From positions 68,729 through 132,728 of the forward strand of contig CAZVLL010000005.1 in the NCBI GenBank assembly GCA_964628025.1: DNA of 64,000 nucleotides. The letters are read 5' to 3'. Below the pieces are notes generated by a model. The model saw only the letters and a program-made list of their open reading frames with translations, searched no databases and was not told where the DNA came from. This document shows, piece after piece, positions 28,411 through 36,588 of this stretch. Each line of letters opens with the position of its first letter. The stretch's first letter is position 1. Both the position numbers and the translations under genes were made by a program. This stretch comes from an uncultured Syntrophaceae bacterium. Its GTDB lineage: Bacteria; Desulfobacterota; Syntrophia; Syntrophales; UBA2192.

Positions 28411-28671
28411 CAAAAAAAATTGGTGGATGACGGACGGCTCATCCACCAATTTTATATTAAAAGAGAGGTTATTCCCCAACCCCCTCCCTTTTCTGTAGGG
28501 GGTCGGCGGATGGAAAGGAGGGAACCAAAAACCATCCGCCGATTCGCAAACCTAAAGCACGATCAGATGCTTGGCGACTATTTATGAGACCTTTAGAGAG
28601 GATCTACCTTTCCTATTCGATAAATTCATTATCTCTCTTTATGTTAAAGGTCAGTCTTCCAAAGGTCTCGT
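28411..28671 (-). ncRNA. candidate sigma54-dependent sRNA 1 (about 260 nt)
   Basis: Bounded by the sigma54 promoter (28697..28682, predicted start about 28671) and an intrinsic terminator (12-bp stem 28450..28419 plus U7-8). Contains the conserved hairpin 28542..28503. There is no credible ORF, and the next gene downstream is on the opposite strand. Confidence 0.45.
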
Positions 28672-28681
28672 ATTTGTATTT

Positions 28682-28697
28682 AGCAATAACAATGCCA
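28682..28697 (-). promoter_or_regulatory. sigma54 (-24/-12) promoter, TGGCATTGTTATTGCT
   Basis: The minus strand reads TGGCAT-N5-TTGCT, with GG and GC separated by 10 nt. It sits inside a 24-nt box (28680..28703) that matches 39462..39485 at 23/24 positions. Confidence 0.6.
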
Positions 28698-28760
28698 CAA
28701 AATAATAATAAATAATTACGAACTATTACAGTATTAGCCGGTGCTGACCCGTAAAGGGTT

Positions 28761-28777
28761 CGTGCGAAGTTAGCACA
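28761..28777. promoter_or_regulatory. candidate enhancer (UAS) site CGTGC-N7-GCACA
   Basis: CGTGCGAAGTTAGCACA, 64 bp upstream of the -24 element. Confidence 0.45.
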
Positions 28778-28846
28778 GATTGAAGGTCGATGTCGTGGCA
28801 AGTCCTTAAATGGTGCAGTCTATGGCTGTTCTCTATTCGCACATCA

Positions 28847-28863
28847 TGTGCTATAAAAGCACA
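28847..28863. promoter_or_regulatory. candidate enhancer (UAS) site TGTGC-N7-GCACA
   Basis: TGTGCTATAAAAGCACA, a perfect palindrome in its arms, about 150 bp upstream of the -24 element. An extra GCACA half-site lies at 28839..28843. Confidence 0.5.
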
Positions 28864-28869
28864 TGGCCT

Positions 28870-31020
28870 CTAAGTGACCGGATCTCCTCCCATTCCAACC
28901 TTCTTTAATTCTCGTATCAACGCGTACCTTGATATATTCAACAACTGGGCCGCTTTTGTCTTGTTGCCCCTGCTGAGCTCCAGAGCTCTTGCAAGGATGC
29001 GCTCCTTGATCTTCCCCGTAAGTTTCTCAATGGCAAGCTTGTAATCGATCCTCTCTGTTGCCGATGCGAGGGAGAGCAGTTCATCGACATGGACGACCGG
29101 ATCCTGTGCGGCCGACGATTTGATCTCTGCCGGAATGTTTTCCGGTGTGATGTAACGACCCACCCCGCGAAGGATCATGATCCGTTCAATGATGTTTTTG
29201 AGTTCGCGAACGTTTCCCGGCCAGGAGTATCGACGGAGAATCTCCTCGGCTTCCTTGGCAACACCCTTGACCTTCTTGTTAAATTTTCTGTTGAATTCTT
29301 CCACGTAGTGGCGCGCGAGCAGTACCAGGTCGTCGCCCCGCTCCCTCAGAGGCGGGAGAATAACCGGCACCACGCTGATACGGTAGAAAAGATCCTCACG
29401 GAAGGACCCTTCCGACACCAGCCTCGACAGATCCCGATTGGTGGCAAAGATGAAGCGCACATCGACAGGAATGGTCTCGTTGCCGCCGAGGCGACGGATA
29501 TATCCGTCCTCCAGCATCCGGAGAAACTTGGCCTGAAGGGGAAGACTCATGTCGCCGATCTCGTCAAGGAACAGTGTTCCCGCGCTTGCATATTCGAGAA
29601 GACCAATCTTCCGCTTCCTCGCATCGGTAAAGGCACCGGCCTCGTATCCAAAAAGTTCGCTCTCCAGAAGGGTGCCGGGAATGGCGGCGCAGTTCACATC
29701 GACAAAACGCTTCTGACTCCTGAGGCTCTGCCGGTGGATGGCCCTGGAGACCAGCTCCTTGCCCGTTCCGCTCTCGCCCTGGATGAGGATATTCGTATCG
29801 TGCTTGGCCACTTCCTCGATGACATGGAAAATGCCCATCATCTTTTTGGACTTGCCCAGGATGTTGTGAAAGCCGAGCAGAATGTCTTCCCGCTCCTTAA
29901 GCTTCTCCACCTCCGTCTTCAGCGACTTGGCCTCGATGGAAAGCATCGACTGCATGATGGCGCTGTCGTAGGACGTGGCGGCGTTGTTGACAAGGATGTC
30001 AAGGACATTGATCTGGTCCTGGGAATAGTTCCCCGCCCTCATTCCCAGCAGGAGAACTCCTTTAAATCGATCCTTCACCTTCAGGGGAATCGCAACCTCG
30101 GAGGGATAACCCTCATAGAGGGGCACGGCGCTGCCTGTCTCCGAATCCGGTTCCTGGACGGTGATGGTATCGTGGTCGAGGGCACTGCGGATGATCGTTT
30201 TGTCGATACGGGTGCTGTACTCATTCTTTTCGTCGATGAACCCCCGCTCCCCGTCATTGATGAAAACCCGATTCTTCTCGATGTCGAGAAAGTAGATGAG
30301 AGCCTTTTCGGCCTTCCCGATCCGCAGAGCACTGCGGATCAGGATCTCGTGGATTCGCTCGATCGAGTAGGTGGAATTCAGGTCCGAGACGGCTTCCTGC
30401 AGGATGAGCAATTGATCGATCTTTTCACGATTGATCTCGAAGAGGCGCGTGATGTGTGTGATGATGCTCACCTGGTTGGCAAAGGTAAGCAGGATATCGA
30501 TTTCGTCGAGGGAGAACCGCGTTTTCTCCTTGGTCCAGACGGCGATGATGCCGATGACATCGTCCTCGATCCTCAGGGGTGCATAAAAGGTGGATCCGCG
30601 CTTGTAGAAGGCGGATATTTTCCGGTCTGTCTCCGTTGTCCGGGGGTCCTTCTCGGAGTCCTCGAGGGCAATGTACTTTCCCGTCTTGGCCACCCGCGTT
30701 TCGAAGCTGTCATGTTTCTTGAGGTTCAGGTGCACCGAAAAAGCTCTCCGGGCCTCCTCGTCACTGTAGTTCTTCACGACCCGCGTGATCAGGTTTTCCC
30801 GGCTTTCGTCGAGCAACAGGATAATCCCCCGGTCAAACCCCATGGAACCGACAACTTCATCAAGGATCTTGCCGAGGATGTCTTCGACACTGGAGGGGGC
30901 CGTGAGAAATGTGCTGATCTGGAATATCCCCTTGATCAGCTTGTCTTTGTCGATGCTGTAGGCCGACGATGTCCTGATGGGGGGGGGGATCGTTCCGCCC
31001 TGCTCGATGATTCGCGCCAT
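28870..31020 (-). CDS. sigma54-dependent transcriptional activator (GAF-GAF-AAA+-Fis HTH)
   Basis: The track ORF is 28870..31116. I trimmed it to ATG 31020 (MARIIEQGG...) after AAAGGTGGA. Walker A GESGTGKE; sigma54-contact loop ESELFGYEAGAFTDA (GAFTGA variant); C-terminal HTH GNKTKAAQLLNISRYALIRELKK; two GAF-like N-terminal domains. Confidence 0.9.
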   Translation of the reverse strand: MARIIEQGGTIPPPIRTSSAYSIDKDKLIKGIFQISTFLTAPSSVEDILGKILDEVVGSMGFDRGIILLLDESRENLITRVVKNYSDEEARRAFSVHLNLKKHDSFETRVAKTGKYIALEDSEKDPRTTETDRKISAFYKRGSTFYAPLRIEDDVIGIIAVWTKEKTRFSLDEIDILLTFANQVSIITHITRLFEINREKIDQLLILQEAVSDLNSTYSIERIHEILIRSALRIGKAEKALIYFLDIEKNRVFINDGERGFIDEKNEYSTRIDKTIIRSALDHDTITVQEPDSETGSAVPLYEGYPSEVAIPLKVKDRFKGVLLLGMRAGNYSQDQINVLDILVNNAATSYDSAIMQSMLSIEAKSLKTEVEKLKEREDILLGFHNILGKSKKMMGIFHVIEEVAKHDTNILIQGESGTGKELVSRAIHRQSLRSQKRFVDVNCAAIPGTLLESELFGYEAGAFTDARKRKIGLLEYASAGTLFLDEIGDMSLPLQAKFLRMLEDGYIRRLGGNETIPVDVRFIFATNRDLSRLVSEGSFREDLFYRISVVPVILPPLRERGDDLVLLARHYVEEFNRKFNKKVKGVAKEAEEILRRYSWPGNVRELKNIIERIMILRGVGRYITPENIPAEIKSSAAQDPVVHVDELLSLASATERIDYKLAIEKLTGKIKERILARALELSRGNKTKAAQLLNISRYALIRELKKVGMGGDPVT

Positions 31021-31060
31021 GAATCCACCTTTTTGTGCGTGACGGTTTTCAGTAACGCGA

Positions 31061-31089
31061 TTTATAGCAGTATGCTTGTTATTTTTCAA
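31061..31089 (-). promoter_or_regulatory. candidate sigma70-type promoter of the activator gene (TTGAAA-N17-TATAAA)
   Basis: Minus strand: -35 at 31089..31084 and -10 at 31066..31061. Confidence 0.4.
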
Positions 31090-31096
31090 CATGTTC

Positions 31097-31113
31097 CGTG
31101 CGAATCGTGCACA
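31097..31113. promoter_or_regulatory. candidate autoregulatory site CGTGC-N7-GCACA
   Basis: CGTGCGAATCGTGCACA, 8 bp upstream of the -35 of the activator promoter. Confidence 0.4.
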
Positions 31114-31242
31114 CACAGAAAAAGTTCAGGGTATAGTGAAGGGTAGAGATACAAGCGTGTAGCGTGGAACAGGCAGCGTCAAAAAGGGATTCGAAATGCC
31201 GCATGCAGGACGCGATACGGCCTTGTGCGGCTTTCGGCTGTT

Positions 31243-33273
31243 TCAGGCTTTGTCGTAGCGGAGGAATTGCATGGTGAAGATCGCCCGACCCTGGGTGGCA
31301 GAGCGCAGGTCTGTGGAATATCCGAAAAGCTTCCGGAGAGGCACATTCGCTTTGATCTCGGTGACGGGTCCCTTCGGCGTTACGGACTCGACTTCCCCCT
31401 TTCGGGCGTTGATGTCGCCGATCACCTCTCCCATGAAGTCCCGCGGTGTGAGAATATCAACCCGCATGATCGGCTCCAGGAGGACCGGACCAGCCTTGGA
31501 GCAGCCGTCCCTGAAAGCCGTGGCCGCGGAAATTTTGTACCCGACGGGAGAGGACTCTCCTTCCCTGAAGGATCCCCCCGTAATGCGGACCTTCACGTCC
31601 TGCACGGGGTAACCCGCCATGACACCGCTGAGAACCGCCTCTCCGAGGGACTCTTCGATGACAGAATGGAATTCCTCCGGGATGGTCTCGGGCATAAGCT
31701 CGTTTTTCATCTCGATACCGGTGCCTCTCGGGAGAGGCTCCAGAACGAGTTTCACGTGGCCGAAGTGCTTCTTCTCTCCGAGCTCGCGCTCGAAGCGCCC
31801 TTCCGTCTCGACGGCCTTCTGTATCGTCTCCCGGTAAACGACGCGGGGCTTGCCAACGTTCACATGAACGTTGTACTCCCGCAGCAGCCTGTCCACGACG
31901 ACTTCGAGATGGAGCTCCCCCATCCCCGAAATAAGGGTCTGAGCCGTTTCCTCGTCGTACTTCACTTTCAGCGTGGGGTCTTCGTCGGTGATCTTTTCGA
32001 GCACACCGGGCAGCTTTTCCTGGTCTCCGGGGGTCTTCGCCTCGATGGCCTGACTGATGACGGGATTATAGAATTCGATGGATTCCAGGATGATGGGTTT
32101 CGATTCGACGCAGAGGGTATCCCCGGTGGTGCTGTCTTTGAGCCCTGCGATGGCAATGATGTCTCCCGCTCCGGCCACGTCGATGCGCTCACGCTTGTTG
32201 GCGTGCATCTTCAGAAGCCGTGCAACCTTTTCCTTCCGGCCCTTTGTAGCGTTGTAGACCTCGTCACCGGCCTTGAGCAGACCGGAATAGATGCGGGCAT
32301 AGGTGATCTTGCGGCCTTCCATCATGGATACCTTGAAGGCAAGCGCCGTAAAGGGCTCTCTGTCGCTTGCCTCGCGTCTCTCTTCGGCCTTGGTCACGGG
32401 GTTGATCCCCTTCACGGGCGGGACCTCCTCCGGCGACGGAAGGAAATCGACGACGGCATCCAGGATAGGCTGGATTCCCTTGTTCCGCAAAGCCGCCCCA
32501 CACAGGACCGGGACAAGCTTGAGGGATACCGTTGCCTTTCGGATGGCCCGGATCAACTCGATATCGGAAATGGGAATCTCGCCCAGATACTTATCCGCAA
32601 TTTCGTCGTCGACCTCTGCAAGCGTCTCCAGCAGCTTTTCGTGCCCGGACTCCGCCTCGGCACGGAAGTCATCCGGGATGTCGGACACATCATACGCCGC
32701 TCCCAGAGTGCTCTCCTGCCAGGTAAGCAAGCGCATGCGGATCAGATCAACGATACCCCGAAAATGTTCCGCCTCTCCGAGAGGCATCTGAACAGGCAAC
32801 GGAGCGGACAGGAAGCGCTCCTTCATCATCGCGATGGCTCCAAAATAGTCGGCTCCGATACGGTCCATCTTGTTGATGAAGGCGATTTTGGGAACCCCGT
32901 ATTTGTCGGCCTGGTGCCAGACTGTCTCGGACTGGGGCTCGACCCCTTCCACGGCCGAGAACACGACGACGGCCCCATCGAGGACCCGGAGGCTCCGTTC
33001 CACTTCGATGGTGAAGTCCACGTGCCCCGGTGTATCGATGATGTGGACTTCGTGGTTTCTCCAGTCACAGGTGGTTACGGCGGAGGTGATGGTGATGCCT
33101 CGTTCCTGCTCCTGGGGCATCCAGTCCATGACGGCTTCACCGTCGTGCACTTCACCCATTTTATAAGACTTGCCCGTGTAGAAGAGAATCCGCTCCGTCA
33201 CGGTCGTTTTTCCCGCATCGATGTGGGCAACGACCCCGATGTTGCGGATTCTGGAAAGCTTCACTCTTGCCAT
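31243..33273 (-). CDS. elongation factor G paralog (stand-alone, outside the str operon)
   Basis: About 676 aa. G1 [17 protein letters not shown] and NKMD motifs, then EF-G domains II-V. ATG 33273 is preferred over TTG 33279. Confidence 0.9.
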   Translation of the reverse strand: MARVKLSRIRNIGVVAHIDAGKTTVTERILFYTGKSYKMGEVHDGEAVMDWMPQEQERGITITSAVTTCDWRNHEVHIIDTPGHVDFTIEVERSLRVLDGAVVVFSAVEGVEPQSETVWHQADKYGVPKIAFINKMDRIGADYFGAIAMMKERFLSAPLPVQMPLGEAEHFRGIVDLIRMRLLTWQESTLGAAYDVSDIPDDFRAEAESGHEKLLETLAEVDDEIADKYLGEIPISDIELIRAIRKATVSLKLVPVLCGAALRNKGIQPILDAVVDFLPSPEEVPPVKGINPVTKAEERREASDREPFTALAFKVSMMEGRKITYARIYSGLLKAGDEVYNATKGRKEKVARLLKMHANKRERIDVAGAGDIIAIAGLKDSTTGDTLCVESKPIILESIEFYNPVISQAIEAKTPGDQEKLPGVLEKITDEDPTLKVKYDEETAQTLISGMGELHLEVVVDRLLREYNVHVNVGKPRVVYRETIQKAVETEGRFERELGEKKHFGHVKLVLEPLPRGTGIEMKNELMPETIPEEFHSVIEESLGEAVLSGVMAGYPVQDVKVRITGGSFREGESSPVGYKISAATAFRDGCSKAGPVLLEPIMRVDILTPRDFMGEVIGDINARKGEVESVTPKGPVTEIKANVPLRKLFGYSTDLRSATQGRAIFTMQFLRYDKA

Positions 33274-33360
33274 GGGCAAACCCAGTCCTGTCCGGCCGGA
33301 GGCATGATCAAGGCGACTGCAGAACGGATCATCTCTGCCGACCCGTTTCGGAGTTCCGCC

Positions 33361-33978
33361 CTACCCGCCGGCCGCCGTCTGCTTCACGAGTTCCTTGTTT
33401 GGGGAAATGGATTCCCGGAGATCGACGTGTCCCTTGATCGTCGTGGTGTCCCTGCCGCCGACCTGAATCCGGATTCTCTTGATCTCCGGCAGGTTCTGGG
33501 CGAGCGTGTTCGCAAGGGAATAAACGGTGGCCACTTCACTGGCGGTACCACCGGGATGCTGCTCGATGAAGGGGTTGTCGAAGTTCAGAGTTGCGGTGCC
33601 TTCGGCGATGCGAATCCCCAGCAGCCTGACTCCTGCGGGAATCGTCCGGATTTGCCCCATCTTCGGCCCCTCAATGAGGGCCCGTACGATCTCTTCGGCC
33701 TGGGCGGTCGCGTTCTTGCCTTTCGGGACAAATCGCTTCTCCGGAACCAGAAATCGTTCGTTGGCATCGGAAAAGTAAAGCACCACTTCCTTTTTTTCCC
33801 GTTTTGCCGCCGCCTGCTCGGCATCGGGCGGGAAGATCGAATCCGAGAGGGCCCAGAACAGAAAAGCCAGGAATCCGCCACCGATGACAACGGCGGCAAG
33901 GATGTAAAACAGCCTGAAGGTTTTCTTCTTCTTTCGCGTCTTGAATTCTTCGGTTCGTCGTTGTCGCTTGCTTGCCAT
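33361..33978 (-). CDS. GerMN domain-containing membrane-anchored protein
   Basis: A basic N-terminus and one TM helix, followed by a GerMN-like pattern (VVLYFSD...LVP..R.V.......AEEIVRALIEGP...IPAG..LLGI.I..GTATLNF). ATG 33978 is preferred over GTG 33984. Confidence 0.7.
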   Translation of the reverse strand: MASKRQRRTEEFKTRKKKKTFRLFYILAAVVIGGGFLAFLFWALSDSIFPPDAEQAAAKREKKEVVLYFSDANERFLVPEKRFVPKGKNATAQAEEIVRALIEGPKMGQIRTIPAGVRLLGIRIAEGTATLNFDNPFIEQHPGGTASEVATVYSLANTLAQNLPEIKRIRIQVGGRDTTTIKGHVDLRESISPNKELVKQTAAGG

Positions 33979-34012
33979 AATCACTCGGTTCCGCCAGCCC
34001 GCAGTTCACCGG

Positions 34013-34780
34013 CTACAGCCTCATCAGTTTCTCCCTGGATTTCACCGCCCAGTCCGATTCGGGGGCCAACTGTATGACCTTTTTGAACGACTCGGCGGCC
34101 TCCTTGCGCTTGCCCAACTGCACCTGGGTCATCCCGAGCCAGTAATGCCCCTCGATGAGATTGGATGCCCGTCCAATGGACCTGGCCAGATTTTTTTCTG
34201 CCTCGAGGTACAAACCTTCCTCGTATTCGATGACTCCCAGGTTCAACTCCAGGACGGGCAGCAGGTTGGTGTTCGGCTCCTTCCGGATGGCTTCGCTGAA
34301 GCTTGCGGAGGCACCCTTCAGATCCCCTTTCGCCTTGTAGGCCCTCCCCATGTTGTACAGGGGCACCGACGGCGTTTCGTAGAGAGGGTTGGCCAGCGCC
34401 CGGTTGAAGCATAGAATGGCTTCCTCATAACGTCCCCGGTTCAGGTAGACGGTCCCGAGATAATTCTGTGCCTCGGAATAATCGGGCTTGAGTGCGATGG
34501 CCTTCTGGAACTCCTTGATGGCGTCATCCACAAAACCTTTTCGCTCATAGGCAATCCCGAGAAAGTAGTGTACGGCGGGATCATTAGGGGTCAGCTTCTC
34601 GGCCTCGAGGAGTTCCTTCAATGCCGGGGTAAACTGGCCGGCCTGGATCTGCGCCTTCCCGATACTGATATGTCCGCTGGCCTTTTCCCGGAGTTCCGCA
34701 TCCGAGGCACAGCCGGCAAGGATCGTTACCAGGACAACCATTCCCGCAAATCCCATCATCCATGAACGGGTTCTTTTCAT
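34013..34780 (-). CDS. tetratricopeptide-repeat lipoprotein
   Basis: I trimmed it to ATG 34780 (MKRTRSWMMGFAGMVVLVTILAGC) after GGGAG. Several TPR units are present. Confidence 0.75.
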   Translation of the reverse strand: MKRTRSWMMGFAGMVVLVTILAGCASDAELREKASGHISIGKAQIQAGQFTPALKELLEAEKLTPNDPAVHYFLGIAYERKGFVDDAIKEFQKAIALKPDYSEAQNYLGTVYLNRGRYEEAILCFNRALANPLYETPSVPLYNMGRAYKAKGDLKGASASFSEAIRKEPNTNLLPVLELNLGVIEYEEGLYLEAEKNLARSIGRASNLIEGHYWLGMTQVQLGKRKEAAESFKKVIQLAPESDWAVKSREKLMRL

Positions 34781-34794
34781 GTTTCTCCCTCGTT

Positions 34795-35370
34795 CTATTT
34801 CCGGTTTCCGTTGACCCACCAGTCGCTCTTATCCTGAAACCACCACTGTGTCCAGTCCGTTTGGAGAATCGTGTCGGCCACCTTCCGCCCCTCATCCGTG
34901 CAGAGCCGGCGGACGGCATAGTCCAGCCACTCCTGGCTGTACTGATTTCCCAGGTCCCCGTATTCCTTGAGCTGCAGGATGAGAGCAAGCTGATCGGCAT
35001 CGTGAGCCAGCAGGGCTTCCCTCGTTTTCTTCTCGTTGAATTCCTGAATGACGGTTTTGATCTCGGCACCGAAGGGAAGACGCTCCGTCAGCTCCCGGAC
35101 TGCTTTTTCCTCGTCAACGGTGACGTACTTCTTGTACATGTAGTTCTGGTCGCCCGTCCTCGCCTCGGGAAGATCATGCACGAGGCACATCCGGAGAACC
35201 TTCAGCTCATCGGCGGCGGGATCGAGCTTGCAGAGGGAATAGCCGATGAAAAGGGTCCTCAGGATATGTTCTGCGACGGATTCCTTGCCGGAGCCGAGAA
35301 ACCGAAACCCCGTACGCGGGGTTTTGTTCAGCATGCCCACTTCAAAAAGAAAGTTTGCGATTTCCTCCAT
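34795..35370 (-). CDS. HD-domain phosphohydrolase (YfbR-like 5'-nucleotidase type)
   Basis: 191 aa. RTGF...ESVAEH and VHDL.E..TGD motifs. Confidence 0.8.
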   Translation of the reverse strand: MEEIANFLFEVGMLNKTPRTGFRFLGSGKESVAEHILRTLFIGYSLCKLDPAADELKVLRMCLVHDLPEARTGDQNYMYKKYVTVDEEKAVRELTERLPFGAEIKTVIQEFNEKKTREALLAHDADQLALILQLKEYGDLGNQYSQEWLDYAVRRLCTDEGRKVADTILQTDWTQWWFQDKSDWWVNGNRK

Positions 35371-35371
35371 T

Positions 35372-35581
35372 TTATCCCTTCTTTAAGGTTTTGACCCGGT
35401 TCGCCATGGTATCGGAGAGTTTCCGGATCTCAAGCTGCAGCGGGGCGATGCCTTCCGGCTTCATGGCATAGAGCCTGTCTAGACGCTCTTTCCAGTGTTC
35501 GATCACGGCGATCTCGTGCTCTCTGAGTTTATGCTCGAATTTCTTCTGCACTTCTTTTACAAACTCGGCGTCTCTGGACAT
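35372..35581 (-). CDS. small hypothetical protein (69 aa)
   Basis: I trimmed it to ATG 35581 (MSRDAEFVKEVQKKFEHKL...) after AAAGGGGTG. Its stop abuts the HD gene start. No family was recognised. Confidence 0.35.
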   Translation of the reverse strand: MSRDAEFVKEVQKKFEHKLREHEIAVIEHWKERLDRLYAMKPEGIAPLQLEIRKLSDTMANRVKTLKKG

Positions 35582-35827
35582 GACACACCCCTTTGCTCGT
35601 CCGACAGGCCCGCCGTCCGTCATGGAGGCCGACGGATAATCTTGCGCATTATAACAGCAACCCCTCATCTTGCAATAGAGAATCTCGGGCCCATTGCCCG
35701 GAAAAGCACAATTTGATTGACAACACAGGACGTTTTATGCAAGCTTCGCCGAATTGGGGTTCCGCCCTCGTAGGCCTCGCTCGAGCGTAGATTTTCGTAC
35801 CGCCAAACAAGGAGAACATCCCCGTAC

Positions 35828-36523
35828 GTGGACCTGCTGGGACACATCACCTTCAGCTGGGAATTCGTTGCCGCCTTCCTGAGTATCGTCCTCATCGATC
35901 TCATCCTCGCGGGCGACAATGCCGTGGTCATCGCCATGGCAGTGCGCTCCCTGCCGCGCAAACAGCGTCAGAAAGGAATCCTGTTGGGCGCCGGCGCTGC
36001 GGTACTCCTGCGGGTGATCCTTACCTTCTTTGCGGCCCAACTCCTGCAGATGTCCTATGTGAAGTTCTTCGGAGGACTCTTCATCCTCTGGATCGCGGTG
36101 AAGCTTTTTGTCGAGGGCGCTCCCGGCGAGGAAACACAGCGGGAGGCGACATCCTTCTGGCAGGCCATGTGGGTCATCGTCGTGGCGGACATCACCATGT
36201 CCGTAGACAACGTCCTGGCCGTAGCTGCCGCATCGAAAGGCAACCTTCTTCTTCTCATCTTCGGTCTCGGGCTCAGCATCCCCTTCGTCGTCTTCACCAG
36301 CAGCCTGCTGTCCATGCTCATGGACAAGTATCCCATTATCATCTACATCGGGGCCGGGATCCTGGGCAAGGTCGGAGCAGAGATGATCTTTACAGACCCC
36401 GTCATCGTGGAGAATTTCCACCCGACGGTGGCATTCCAGTACGCGATGGAAGCCCTTTTCGTGGTTGGCGTCATTGGGGTGGGAAAGTTATGGGTCCGCT
36501 GGAAGATGTCCACGAAGAAGTGA
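35828..36523 (+). CDS. TerC/YjbE-family integral membrane protein
   Basis: 231 aa. IDLILAGDNAVVIAMA and a second DNVLAVAAA motif. GTG start. Confidence 0.85.
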   Translation: MDLLGHITFSWEFVAAFLSIVLIDLILAGDNAVVIAMAVRSLPRKQRQKGILLGAGAAVLLRVILTFFAAQLLQMSYVKFFGGLFILWIAVKLFVEGAPGEETQREATSFWQAMWVIVVADITMSVDNVLAVAAASKGNLLLLIFGLGLSIPFVVFTSSLLSMLMDKYPIIIYIGAGILGKVGAEMIFTDPVIVENFHPTVAFQYAMEALFVVGVIGVGKLWVRWKMSTKK

Positions 36524-36588
36524 CATTGCGCCGCAGTGCGGCGCCATCAGCAGGAACGCACACGGGGCCGGAGTGCCGGCCAGTATGG

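Noticed and set aside
28613-28801. 62-aa minus-strand ORF across the sigma54 promoter at locus 1 (with 39326..39529, a 67-aa plus-strand ORF, at locus 2)
   Set aside because: The ORF starts upstream of and runs through the predicted promoter. It has no RBS, and the two loci share no protein-level similarity. The conservation is confined to the promoter box and hairpin, which fits RNA/DNA signals rather than coding.
29089-31146. 685-aa plus-strand ORF
   Set aside because: It is antisense to the sigma54 activator gene, which has clear Walker A, GAFT(G/D)A and HTH motifs. This is a shadow ORF.
31225-34077. 950-aa plus-strand ORF, the longest in the track
   Set aside because: It is antisense to EF-G and the GerMN gene. 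The sequence is low-complexity and Arg/Gly/Asp-rich with no motifs. The EF-G frame carries all the GTPase motifs.
35669-35827. Searched upstream of the TerC-family gene for a yybP-ykoY (Mn2+) riboswitch
   Set aside because: I could not find the conserved GGGGAGUAG-type core or the paired-helix layout. Only a weak promoter-like TTGATT/TATGCA match is present. An Infernal scan would be needed to exclude it formally.
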